Assembly (NCBI GenBank): GCA_937120475.1
Contig: CAKZJV010000007.1
Location: 572,068-636,067, forward strand
Length of the DNA: 64,000 nucleotides
Direction of reading: 5' to 3'
Source: an uncultured Cryomorphaceae bacterium
GTDB taxonomy: Bacteria > Bacteroidota > Bacteroidia > Flavobacteriales > Schleiferiaceae
The position numbers and the translations under genes are program-made. Below, in pieces: positions 10,143 through 19,849 of the stretch (position 1 is its first letter; each line of letters begins with the position of its first letter). Below the pieces are notes generated by a model that worked only from the letters and a program-made list of their open reading frames with translations, was not told the DNA's origin and did no database searches.

Positions 10143-10877
10143 TCAAATAGTCTGAATACGGCTCATCAGGCTGTCGCGGTTGCCACGACTTACGGGTATC
10201 ACTTTATCCTGAATCAATAAAGTGCCATCCTCAATATCTACAATATGGTCCATATTCACTATAAATGAGCGATGTACTTTAAGGAATTTTTCAGGATCCA
10301 GTTTTTGCTCTATATTCTTCATAGTAGTGTGTACTATGTATCCCTTTTTATCGGTTTTAAAAACCGCATAATCTCCCTGGGCCTCAATGTACAGAATATC
10401 GTCATCCTTGATTTTAACCAGGCGTGAATCCATTTTAACGTACAGGTGATTGTTGCGCACGTAGGATTCTTTTAATTGATTTTGCTTGATTTCCTGAAGG
10501 GTTTGGTAGGTTCCCATGGCTACCTCCATGGCCGCATGAATATCCTTCATGCCATAGGGCTTAACAATATAGCCGAATGGCCCCATATTACGCGCCTTCT
10601 GTATAGTCTCAGGGTCAGCAAAGGCGGTGGTGAAAATAAAGGGTAAATCGTAATCTCTTTTAACCATTTCGGCCAGGGCTACCCCATCCATCCCGCCACT
10701 CAGCTGTATATCCAGCATAATGAGGTCTATCTCAGGCTTTTTCTTCAGTATGGCGATGGCCTCTTCACCACTAGCTGCAATTCCTACTACCTTATGATCC
10801 AGACATTCCAGAATATCGTTAAGGCTATCCGCTATCAGTTGATCATCTTCTACAACAAGTATCTGGTAAGGCTTCAT
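10143..10877 (-). CDS. LytTR-family response regulator
   Basis: Receiver domain (ILVVEDD...MLDIQL...) plus C-terminal LytTR DNA-binding domain. Confidence 0.85.
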   Translation of the reverse strand: MKPYQILVVEDDQLIADSLNDILECLDHKVVGIAASGEEAIAILKKKPEIDLIMLDIQLSGGMDGVALAEMVKRDYDLPFIFTTAFADPETIQKARNMGPFGYIVKPYGMKDIHAAMEVAMGTYQTLQEIKQNQLKESYVRNNHLYVKMDSRLVKIKDDDILYIEAQGDYAVFKTDKKGYIVHTTMKNIEQKLDPEKFLKVHRSFIVNMDHIVDIEDGTLLIQDKVIPVSRGNRDSLMSRIQTI

Positions 10878-10895
10878 AATCGTTCTGTTTTAAGA

Positions 10896-13400
10896 TTATA
10901 CTCCGGTAGTAATTTTTTGCACTTCTTTTTTGGCGGCCCCGGCCAGCTTTTGGTAGGGTTGCTCAATGGTGAACTTGGACCCCCAGCACAAGCGGCTTTC
11001 CACCGCAATACTGGCTCCCTGCATATTGCAGAATTCTTTTACTATGGCCAGTCCTAAACCGGTTCCCTGGATATTCTCCGAATTATCGGAACGGAAAAAG
11101 GAATCGAAAATATGCGGTAGGTCTTTTTCAGGTATGCCTATACCGCTATCGGCCACCTGTATTTTAAGCGATTCTTCGCCATAACTGATGTGCAGCAAAG
11201 GGTTTTCGGCCCCGGGCGAATATTTAAAGGCGTTGGAAAGAAGGTTGGTTATAATATGGGTATAGATGTTCGGGTCAATAAAAACCTCCCGCTGCTCACC
11301 CCTAAAGCTCAAATCCACCGTGCGACCATCATCCAGGTGCGAAAAGTTGGTACGGATCAAGTTCTTGCACAACTTGTAAATGTCAGTAAGTGCAGGGGTG
11401 TTGGAGATTTTTCCAGATTCCAGCCGACCCATCATCAACACATCGTTCATCAATACATTGAGGCGCTCGATCTGGGAATGAATGCGCTCAATATTCCGGT
11501 TCATCTTATCGCGCTTGCTTATTTTTTCATAATCCAGGTGGTAGGACAAGAGCTCGATATTGGTTTTGATAGTGGTTAATGGTGTTCTGAACTCGTGGGA
11601 GGTCATGGACACCAGTCGTGATTTCATTTCATTGAGTTCCTTCTCTCTTTCCAGGGCATTCATCATTTCGTGGTTCACCTTTTTCTCCTGGGTAATGTCC
11701 CTTACAAAAACAGAATACACGGGCTTTTCTTCCAGGAGTATGGGCACCACACTGAATTCGGTAGGAAACACTTGCCCATCCCGGTTTACACCCTGAATTT
11801 CAATACGCTTATTCAACATGGGAGCCTTACCCGATTCGGTGAAAGCTTGTAATCCCATCTCCATAATCCGCTGAAAAGGTGTGTGAATAATGAGCCTGGT
11901 CATTTTTTGGCCTACCGCCTGTTGCTCGCTATGTCCGAATATTTCAACCGCGCGGGGGTTCCACTCCAGTATTTCTCCTTTTTCATCAATAATTAACACG
12001 GCATCCAGGGCGGAATTGATTACCGAACGCAATTTAGTCTCGCTCTCTTTCAGTGCTTCCTCCGCCTCTTCTCTCTTCTGGTTTATAACCGCACTTTTTA
12101 TTTTGCTGGACACCAGGCTGGAAATAGTTACCAGGGTTTGCAGATGATCCTGCGTATAAAAATTTGGGTTGCTGTGCTCCGAGTCTATCACCCCGATAGT
12201 TTTTCCATCGGCTATAATTGGAACGGCTAGTTCCGAAAGGTTGTTGACCATATCCGTAATATAGCGAGGGTCTTTGCGGGTATCACTTACTATTTCGGGT
12301 TCACCTTTTAAAGCTACACTACCCACAATGCCCTTGCCCACCGGAATCAAAATAGGTTCTACAATTTGGCCTGAATTGTTTTTTAGGCCATAGGCACTAA
12401 CCTGCCTTAAATACTCCTCTTCATCATCCATCAGGTACACCACACAATCTTCAAAACCAAATTTATGTACCGTATTGCGGGTAATTTCTGCAACAATTTC
12501 AGGAATGCTGGAGGCTTTGATGAGGCGGGCTACAAATTCGTTGATGGTAGCCAGGTACTCTTGCTTTTCCTGCAACAACTGGTTTCTCTCGCTTAACTTT
12601 TGCAGCAGTTCCTGGCGTTCCAGCTCCTCCTGCTTTTTGGGGGTAATATCATTATGAATACCTACCGAACCTATAATTTCGCCCTTTTCATTCTTTATGG
12701 GTGTTCCTGAAATGATTACCCAAATGGGTGTCCCGTCTTTCCGCTTTACCTTTAATTCATAGGCTGAAGACTCTCCTTCAAGACGCTTTTGGTTGGCCGA
12801 ATCGATTTGCGTCCGGCTTTCATCATCTCCCTCCACCAAAAAAATTTCACTGGCTTTTTTACCCAGTATTTCCGAAAGGCTGTAGCCGGTTATTTCGCAA
12901 AAGGAGCGGTTGGCAAAAAGTATTCGCTCTTCCAAATCCACTTCCATAAGGCCCAGCTTGATATTTTCAATTAAACTGCGGTATTTTTCTTCACTGCGGG
13001 AAGCAAATTGCTGGGCCAGTATTTTTTCCGTTACATCACTGGCTACGGCCAAAATTTCTTTAACCGCGCTATTCTCTATAACCATTTCAACGGTTTGCCC
13101 AATCCAACTTTCATGGCCTTTATTATTAACTACCGGAAACTCCAGGTAAGTACTGGGTGTGCCGTTATGCGCTTGCTGCTGGTAAAAGGATTCTACCTGA
13201 GCCCCAAAGTCGCTACGCACAAAATCCATGAACGAGCAATCCAGGATATCTTTCGCGTCCATATCCATAAACGAAGCCATGCGCGGACTTACATATTTGA
13301 AAATACCCTTATCATCCAGCTTATAGATGATGTTGAATCCTAAAGGTGAGGTATTGTGCGATATGGAAGGTTTGAACTCCATGGCCCATATAAAACCCAA
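10896..13400 (-). CDS. PAS/GAF-domain sensor histidine kinase
   Basis: HisKA H-box (HEFRTPLTTI), HATPase_c G-boxes (GTGLGLAIV), several PAS-like and GAF-like segments. It lies 19 nt upstream of the response regulator. Confidence 0.85.
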   Translation of the reverse strand: MGFIWAMEFKPSISHNTSPLGFNIIYKLDDKGIFKYVSPRMASFMDMDAKDILDCSFMDFVRSDFGAQVESFYQQQAHNGTPSTYLEFPVVNNKGHESWIGQTVEMVIENSAVKEILAVASDVTEKILAQQFASRSEEKYRSLIENIKLGLMEVDLEERILFANRSFCEITGYSLSEILGKKASEIFLVEGDDESRTQIDSANQKRLEGESSAYELKVKRKDGTPIWVIISGTPIKNEKGEIIGSVGIHNDITPKKQEELERQELLQKLSERNQLLQEKQEYLATINEFVARLIKASSIPEIVAEITRNTVHKFGFEDCVVYLMDDEEEYLRQVSAYGLKNNSGQIVEPILIPVGKGIVGSVALKGEPEIVSDTRKDPRYITDMVNNLSELAVPIIADGKTIGVIDSEHSNPNFYTQDHLQTLVTISSLVSSKIKSAVINQKREEAEEALKESETKLRSVINSALDAVLIIDEKGEILEWNPRAVEIFGHSEQQAVGQKMTRLIIHTPFQRIMEMGLQAFTESGKAPMLNKRIEIQGVNRDGQVFPTEFSVVPILLEEKPVYSVFVRDITQEKKVNHEMMNALEREKELNEMKSRLVSMTSHEFRTPLTTIKTNIELLSYHLDYEKISKRDKMNRNIERIHSQIERLNVLMNDVLMMGRLESGKISNTPALTDIYKLCKNLIRTNFSHLDDGRTVDLSFRGEQREVFIDPNIYTHIITNLLSNAFKYSPGAENPLLHISYGEESLKIQVADSGIGIPEKDLPHIFDSFFRSDNSENIQGTGLGLAIVKEFCNMQGASIAVESRLCWGSKFTIEQPYQKLAGAAKKEVQKITTGV

Positions 13401-13494
13401 ACTAGTGCCATAACTTCAAAAGACTGATAACCAGCTCTCATTAGTAATTTCCTTATTCTCTTTTTGGGACAAATTCCAAAAAAGAAATCTTTTT

Positions 13495-14559
13495 CTAAGA
13501 ATGGTGCTCGATTAAAAGAGCAGCCATTCTATCGATCTCCTGGTCGTAAACGCGTGCATTCTCTTCCCCGGCTGCCCGCAGGGCTTTCAGGTTTTGAGGC
13601 CTTCCATCATCCATGGCCGGGTTGGCATTGTAAATATTGGGCTCAATACGCAAATAATGCTCAGGGGTTTGAGTGGTATTAAATATTTCCCGTAACTGAT
13701 AATCCACATTTTGCGATACCCCGGACATCATTACACCGATCAGTGGTTTAATCCAGCTAATAACCCCCCAGTTTTTGATTTGACTGTAGCTGTATTTTTT
13801 AGCACTGCTGGCCGTTCCCAATGAAAAAACAACCAGGTCAGAGGCCGCAGGATGGGCTTTTTTGGTAGCCTCATCCAAATCCACCAGATCGGGGCGAAGT
13901 TCTCCATAGGTCATGGTGCGCACCTCGGCATAGGCGCACAAAGCCGGATTATTTACATACACTCCCCCGTCAATAAGGGCGTAGGTGTTATTTTGCAGGG
14001 AGGTAACGTCAGCCGTTTCAAAATAAGTGGGTGCGGCCGAAGTGCCACGCGCTACATCCTTAATCAGGTAATCGTAATCCAGGTGTTGTTTGGCCCGGTG
14101 TTGCTTAAAGAAAAAGGGTTGGGCATCACTAATATAATAGGAACTGATGGCACTGGGTTTCAGTAAGGAAGACAATCGTTCTCCACCCAGGTATTGTTTC
14201 AGCGCTTTTTCTAGATTGGTGGTAGGAAATTTATAACTCCTTAAACCCCATAGCGATTTCAAAGACTGGAAGAAGGTTCTCTTGAATATTTGGCTGCCGT
14301 TTTTGAGGTAAAGGTTTACGGCATCCAGGGCCGTGTATTTAGCTTTGGAACTTCCGTCTTTTTCCGGACAAAACAGGGTGCAGCCCAGTATGCCTCCGGT
14401 GCTGGTACCCGCAACAAAATCGAAATAATCGGGAATGCGGGCGTCAGGATTGTTGGTTTTTTCCTGGAGCTTTTTTTCGAGTGATACGAGCATCATCCCG
14501 GGAATGATACCCCGGATACCGCCCCCATCGATGGATAGAATGCGAATTTTTTTATTCAT
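13495..14559 (-). CDS. patatin-like phospholipase
   Basis: GGGIRG oxyanion motif, GTSTG nucleophile motif and DGG catalytic Asp. Start taken at the internal MNKKIRILSIDGGG; the track ORF extends to 14640. Confidence 0.8.
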   Translation of the reverse strand: MNKKIRILSIDGGGIRGIIPGMMLVSLEKKLQEKTNNPDARIPDYFDFVAGTSTGGILGCTLFCPEKDGSSKAKYTALDAVNLYLKNGSQIFKRTFFQSLKSLWGLRSYKFPTTNLEKALKQYLGGERLSSLLKPSAISSYYISDAQPFFFKQHRAKQHLDYDYLIKDVARGTSAAPTYFETADVTSLQNNTYALIDGGVYVNNPALCAYAEVRTMTYGELRPDLVDLDEATKKAHPAASDLVVFSLGTASSAKKYSYSQIKNWGVISWIKPLIGVMMSGVSQNVDYQLREIFNTTQTPEHYLRIEPNIYNANPAMDDGRPQNLKALRAAGEENARVYDQEIDRMAALLIEHHS

Positions 14560-14645
14560 GGTTTGGTTTGATTGATGGTTATAAATATAACAATACTTAC
14601 AGGCAAACGCTATCGAAGTTAGCTCGCCTGACTTTGCCACCCACC

Positions 14646-15320
14646 TTACTTTAATCCCGCTGTCTTATGGCTCGTATTTAGCGCATCCTTAAGTTGAGCC
14701 ACTTCTTCAGGTAATAAATAGTTGCGCTCACCTTTTTCCGCCAAATAACGCGACCCCAAAATTTCCAGGCGATCCTCAAAAGTTAGGGAAACAGCCTTTT
14801 TCTGAGAACCTTGCATATAATGCACAGTTTCCATTTTTCTGACCATTACTTCAAATGAGTTATGTGCCTGGTTACCGGCAATACTTCTTGCGCTTTTTCG
14901 AAAGCCTGGCACAAAGGCATAGCCAAGGCTGTTCAACTGTCCGGCAGCACTGGCATGCCCTTCCTCCAGTAAGCTGCGTTGAGCATCACGGTACGTATCA
15001 GAAGAAAAACCGGATGGTCCTATTTCCTTAGAAGATCCCGTACCCGGATGGCTCCGGTGTGACCTCTTGACTTCCATGTAGGCCGGAGCTTCGTTTTCAA
15101 GTGTCCGTGATTTTTTTCTGGGAATACCGGAAGACCGGTTCAGGGCAGCAAAGCCGTATATATGCTCGCTTTCATGCGTTTCACCAAACACCCTTTCACC
15201 GAATTGTTCAGTGAGTCTTTCCTGTTCCCTTCCCCGGCTTCCGTAGGTGCCTTCCGAATACTTAAGGGTTCGTTTTTTACGATACACCTTCTTATTGCTT
15301 AGGCTTTTATGGGTACCCAT
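14646..15320 (-). CDS. hypothetical basic protein with a HExxH motif (HESEH)
   Basis: 224 aa, Lys/Arg-rich N-terminus, single HESEH motif, no signal peptide. It lies 3 nt from the upstream gene. Confidence 0.4.
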   Translation of the reverse strand: MGTHKSLSNKKVYRKKRTLKYSEGTYGSRGREQERLTEQFGERVFGETHESEHIYGFAALNRSSGIPRKKSRTLENEAPAYMEVKRSHRSHPGTGSSKEIGPSGFSSDTYRDAQRSLLEEGHASAAGQLNSLGYAFVPGFRKSARSIAGNQAHNSFEVMVRKMETVHYMQGSQKKAVSLTFEDRLEILGSRYLAEKGERNYLLPEEVAQLKDALNTSHKTAGLK

Positions 15321-15322
15321 TC

Positions 15323-16945
15323 TTAATTACTTTCAATGGAAACAGCCCGTACCTGGTAACCAGAGTCTTCCTTATACTCCCCACCAATGGGCTGTATATT
15401 GATCTGTATGGAGTTAAGCCCCAATTGCAGGTAGTCATGGTAATCCGCTGAAGTAAAATTCTGGTTGCGAAGTGAAATGGAGAGCATATTGTTCTCACCA
15501 CCTTCCGCCTCCTGAGCATCTACATACTGGGTAATGGCCGTCTCTTCATCACCATTGATCAACATGTGAAGCACCACCCCCGTAGCCCCGGATTTCCAGT
15601 GTTTCATATACAGCATATAATTACTCACCGAATCAATGACCTTGAAGTAGAGTGTAATTTGCAAAGTAGTACAATTGGAAGCAAAGCCCGCTGATAGCGA
15701 GGTTTCTGAAGCAGAAAACCCCGCTCCTGCTACACTACCATCAGGGTAGCTGGTTGTATCCATGATCAGCAAATCATTAGTGGCCGATATGATTTTGAAA
15801 GGTACAGGAGCACTGCTATCGGTAGCCGGGGAGGGCTTTACAATAAACTTATTGGGAATAAAACCTACAATGGCCGCAACACTTAATGGACTCAATGCCA
15901 TAAAGTTAAGGTTAATCTCCGTGCTCAAATCACCGTTGAGACTTACCGGCTGTTGATCAATATACACCTTCACACCGTATGAAGTATCCTGCTCTGAACC
16001 GGTTTGTTCAAGCAAATGTGAAGCTGTGTAATAATTGATACTATGATCTATAGTAACCGAATCTTCACTACTGTCATTGGGTATAACTACTATCCATGAA
16101 GATTTCATCACAAAGTTGATCCCATACATAGATAATTCACTGGGTGGATACAAGGAGCCTCCATCGTAAAGGCGGTCCTCCATGGAGGTGGGTATAACCA
16201 CTTCCACCTGGTCATCATTGGCCGGGTTGCGATTCCCATTGGTCTTGCGGCATTCAATGGCATTCCAGGGATACTCCTGTCCAAAAGTCCAGGTTGGCTC
16301 TTGCGAAGAAGGGTTTACAAGGGCATACGCACCCCAGTCTTTAATGCTCATGGAAGCCGAGCTGGACGTATCTACGGATTTATTGGAGGACGTTTCCGTG
16401 CCTTTGGTTTGAGATTTTTCATGGGTTACCGTTGAAGAATGCTCATAAGTTGCCGAACCACCACCAAAATTTTGCCCTACGCTCACCGAGGTACTGAATG
16501 AATTGGTCTGGGATACCGAAGAGCCTACGGTGTTGCTGCTCGAATTGCTCTTGGATTGTCCGTCTGAACTGCCATAGGAACCTGAAGTTTCTACCTGTGT
16601 GTTTACTGTTTCAGGGGAATAATCGATCAATTCATACTGGCCGCCATCCAGGGACATACGGGTACTGAGCAGGGCCGGGTAATCACTGTAATTATTCAGA
16701 TCTGAATCAGGACTGGAAACTAAACCACTCGGATTATATATCTTGATTCTCTGGGTGCTGTTAACCACAAATTTCTGGTTTTTGGCCTTGTTTACTGAGC
16801 TTGGTCCGTTGGATTGTACATCCTCATATAAGCTCACCTCGTACTCCATTGATATAGAGCCTATTAATTCCTCAGAACCATCATCAGTGCGCCTTGAGAG
16901 CGCACTGAATTTGGTATATGTATAAGGGTCTGATTTTTTAAACAT
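15323..16945 (-). CDS. hypothetical Ser/Thr-rich protein, possibly a beta-pore-forming-toxin-like protein
   Basis: 540 aa. Central stretch of alternating Ser/Thr and hydrophobic residues (SVSQTNSFSTSVSVGQNF...), reminiscent of aerolysin-family beta-hairpins. No signal peptide. Confidence 0.4.
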   Translation of the reverse strand: MFKKSDPYTYTKFSALSRRTDDGSEELIGSISMEYEVSLYEDVQSNGPSSVNKAKNQKFVVNSTQRIKIYNPSGLVSSPDSDLNNYSDYPALLSTRMSLDGGQYELIDYSPETVNTQVETSGSYGSSDGQSKSNSSSNTVGSSVSQTNSFSTSVSVGQNFGGGSATYEHSSTVTHEKSQTKGTETSSNKSVDTSSSASMSIKDWGAYALVNPSSQEPTWTFGQEYPWNAIECRKTNGNRNPANDDQVEVVIPTSMEDRLYDGGSLYPPSELSMYGINFVMKSSWIVVIPNDSSEDSVTIDHSINYYTASHLLEQTGSEQDTSYGVKVYIDQQPVSLNGDLSTEINLNFMALSPLSVAAIVGFIPNKFIVKPSPATDSSAPVPFKIISATNDLLIMDTTSYPDGSVAGAGFSASETSLSAGFASNCTTLQITLYFKVIDSVSNYMLYMKHWKSGATGVVLHMLINGDEETAITQYVDAQEAEGGENNMLSISLRNQNFTSADYHDYLQLGLNSIQINIQPIGGEYKEDSGYQVRAVSIESN

Positions 16946-16988
16946 GATAAGGTTTGTTTAACTGTTATATAGAATTATCAGATTACGT

Positions 16989-17582
16989 TCAGCCGTTTAC
17001 ACCGGTATAAATAATGTAATTAACCGCATAATATGGTTGTACATTACTGTGGGCTTTTGTGGCTCCGGGCATAGTACCCGTTACATTACCATTGTCCATT
17101 TGGATAAGTGTATCCGAATCCTGCACGCCACCGGTAAAGGAAGAACCAGCCATGCGGTTATCACTGTCTATCTTTCCACAACCCGTATAACCTTTCCCGG
17201 TTGAGTTACTCGTGTCTCCACCCCAATTGGTGCCACTACCACCCCAACCCAGGTGCTGGTGAGATGGCATTTGTTCAAGTGTAAGTGTACAGTCGTATTC
17301 TCCTCCCTTATCGTTAAGAGAAAAAGCCCGGGAAGTATTATTGGCATCCGTTCCCGTACCTGTACCAACTAATACACGTCCGTTGAGATTAGGCGTAGTT
17401 GAGCTGCCCAAAGCGGAGATCAGATCCGGGTATTTGTCGGCCGGTATGGTGGAACCATCACAGGGTAACCACCCCGGAGGAATGTTGCCATTGGGCAGTA
17501 AAAAGGCAACTACAGTGCCCATGGGCACGTAACCATTGGTCGGAACAGCCCCAACTATAGGGGCAGAGTTTTCTTGTTTCAT
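16989..17582 (-). CDS. phage tail-collar domain protein (MdpB-like)
   Basis: GTVVAFLLPNGNIPPGWLPCDGSTIPADKYPDLISALG is the canonical Phage_T4_gp12 tail-collar motif. Confidence 0.75.
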   Translation of the reverse strand: MKQENSAPIVGAVPTNGYVPMGTVVAFLLPNGNIPPGWLPCDGSTIPADKYPDLISALGSSTTPNLNGRVLVGTGTGTDANNTSRAFSLNDKGGEYDCTLTLEQMPSHQHLGWGGSGTNWGGDTSNSTGKGYTGCGKIDSDNRMAGSSFTGGVQDSDTLIQMDNGNVTGTMPGATKAHSNVQPYYAVNYIIYTGVNG

Positions 17583-17920
17583 AACATAAAGGGTTTGATT
17601 ATGGAGCTTTACCTGCTCCTTGGTTTTGTACTAATTCTAAGATATTCTCAAGCTTTTAAATCAGTGTGGTAAATATGTGAACAGTGGATTTTTTTTATTG
17701 AGTAACACTTCCAAACCCTCGGATTAATATTTCAAAAAATGACTATAGCCAAACTATGCCCTATGGAATCAGAAGCCAGGTCAACAGGAGGCATAAGAAA
17801 ACCCCTGATTATGAGTATCAACTTGTGAACAATGTTGCCAAGAGGTTTTAACCCGGCATCTATACACCTACTTCAGGCTTTGAGTTAATTGATGACTGAA
17901 TAAAAGATAAACATCCGGAA

Positions 17921-19402
17921 TCACTTATCCCCTTGCTTTAAACGCACCAGTATTTTACCTAGGGGCGAAAGTTCGGTGCGCCTGAAATAACTTTGATTTT
18001 CAAAGCCGGGGTGTTTGGATCTCAATACCATAAGCTGCCAAACACCATCTTCGCGCGGGTGCTCTTTAATAAATTGTACCAGGTAAGTATGATCTTCCCA
18101 TTCCAGGGCATAAGCATTGGGTAAACCATCCAGCACCAATCGCTTTTTCAACACCAATTCCGCACCGGCCATTGCCCCCAGTACGTTTTTAGTACCGTAC
18201 ACTTTTTGAGCGCGATGATCCATATAAATACTATAACCGGTAAAATCAGGGTACCGGATAATTTTGGGCAACAGTAACTTGAATGCATTGGTGGGAAGGC
18301 GGTACGAACCTATGTAACCGGGTATTACCTGAAAGCTGCTGAAGGATACGGTTATATATACAAATACGTAGCTGTACTGGTTGAGAATATGCCAACCAAA
18401 ACTGGCCGTAGCGCCTTGTCCAAAGAGCATGTTAAAGCCCACCAGGGCCACAATCAACACCAGCAAAAGCAGGTTTACCAGGCGGTAGAGAAAAATATGG
18501 GAATTGAGTTTAAGGGCCGGGTTATAAAAGCCTGAAATATTAATCAGGTTATTTTTCATAAGTACCCATACATGAAGATTAAGCAGGAAAAAGACCAGGG
18601 TTAAAACTTCCAGGTTGAGTTCATTATGGATAAACCAAAAATCGTAAAACCCGTGACCCAAAGAAGCCAGGAGCCATAGCAAAAGGAAAAGTCCGAAATC
18701 CGGTTGAAGCCCGCGGTGGATGCGCCAGATCCAGCCATAGGCCATAATGGATGAAAAAAACATATGCGCTACGCTACTGTACAGTGCGCGGGCATATACA
18801 GCGGTGAGGTCCGAGGCATTGAGGTACAGGATATTCTCCACAAAAGCGAAGCCCAATGCACTAATGGAGGCGTAAAGGATAAAGTCAAAAGGCTCATTTA
18901 TTTGATGGCTGAAACGCCAGAGTAAAAACCAGGGAATGAATTTCACCAGTTCCTCCACCATACCGATACCGATAACGCAGTAAGCAAAATCATTCCATCC
19001 CTCTCCGTTCAGGTTAAAACCCAGGCCGTTAATCCAGTCGGAAAGTGGGAATACCCAATAGGTAAAAGCACAACCCAAAACAAAAACCAGTAAGAGATAA
19101 CGTTTTTTCTCGCGTTCATAAATATCCAGCCAGGTGAGGTAGAGTATCCAGAAAAAGGAAATGAGGGCCGCAACAACAATTGAAAAAACTATTCGGATCT
19201 GTTCGGCCGGCAAACCCCAGTCGGGGATATTTTTACGGGTAACGAGAATGGCCAGGGCAATAAGCACCGGCAGGCTGAGGATTAACCAGAACATTTCGCC
19301 TTTGGCACCCCGGATTTTTAGTTCCTTGCCAAAGTCGCGAAGCGCGAAATAAAACAACAACATTAAAGCCGGAACAAAAAGGGCGGCACTTACAATCTCC
19401 AT
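17921..19402 (-). CDS. polytopic membrane protein, PrsW-like intramembrane protease with an extra C-terminal domain
   Basis: More than eight hydrophobic helices. EELVK (EExxK-like), VAHMFF and HGFYDF motifs resemble the PrsW family. Confidence 0.5.
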   Translation of the reverse strand: MEIVSAALFVPALMLLFYFALRDFGKELKIRGAKGEMFWLILSLPVLIALAILVTRKNIPDWGLPAEQIRIVFSIVVAALISFFWILYLTWLDIYEREKKRYLLLVFVLGCAFTYWVFPLSDWINGLGFNLNGEGWNDFAYCVIGIGMVEELVKFIPWFLLWRFSHQINEPFDFILYASISALGFAFVENILYLNASDLTAVYARALYSSVAHMFFSSIMAYGWIWRIHRGLQPDFGLFLLLWLLASLGHGFYDFWFIHNELNLEVLTLVFFLLNLHVWVLMKNNLINISGFYNPALKLNSHIFLYRLVNLLLLVLIVALVGFNMLFGQGATASFGWHILNQYSYVFVYITVSFSSFQVIPGYIGSYRLPTNAFKLLLPKIIRYPDFTGYSIYMDHRAQKVYGTKNVLGAMAGAELVLKKRLVLDGLPNAYALEWEDHTYLVQFIKEHPREDGVWQLMVLRSKHPGFENQSYFRRTELSPLGKILVRLKQGDK

Positions 19403-19463
19403 GGGTTAAAAATGCGGATAATTTTCGAGAGGGTAAGTCTCCGTAGGTGATCTATAAGTGGCC

Positions 19464-19497
19464 CAAAAAAAGAAAGCCCCGCCAGTGGCGGGGCTTA
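19464..19497 (-). terminator. rho-independent terminator for the minus strand
   Basis: AAGCCCCGCC-AGTG-GGCGGGGCTT hairpin followed by a T-run on the minus strand (A-run 19465-19473 on plus). Confidence 0.6.
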
Positions 19498-19516
19498 AGA
19501 TTTCAAGAAGTGGCAA

Positions 19517-19849
19517 CTAATTTGACACCACCTCCTCTTCTGTTTCTCTTGATGCAAGCTTCAGTTCAAAATTTGCCGGATCAGGCCCAACGGTCATAAT
19601 TTGCAGGGAACAGCTCGTTTCGGTACCCGAAAAGGTGTTTATAATAATTTCGGGACCATTGTACCAATTTTCAGTCACCCAGGTGTTGGAACTTATTTCA
19701 ACGGTTTGATCCTTGCCAGGGTTGGAGGGAGCTGTAACGCAAAAGTAGTATCCATTATTTGCTGATGCTCCATAGAGCCTGTACTTATAACTGGTTCCGG
19801 GCTGGATTGTTAATGACTCTGAAACGAAATTAATTGATGTTGAAGACAT
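19517..19849 (-). CDS. small hypothetical protein (110 aa)
   Basis: ORF with a terminator just downstream. No recognisable motifs. Confidence 0.4.
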   Translation of the reverse strand: MSSTSINFVSESLTIQPGTSYKYRLYGASANNGYYFCVTAPSNPGKDQTVEISSNTWVTENWYNGPEIIINTFSGTETSCSLQIMTVGPDPANFELKLASRETEEEVVSN

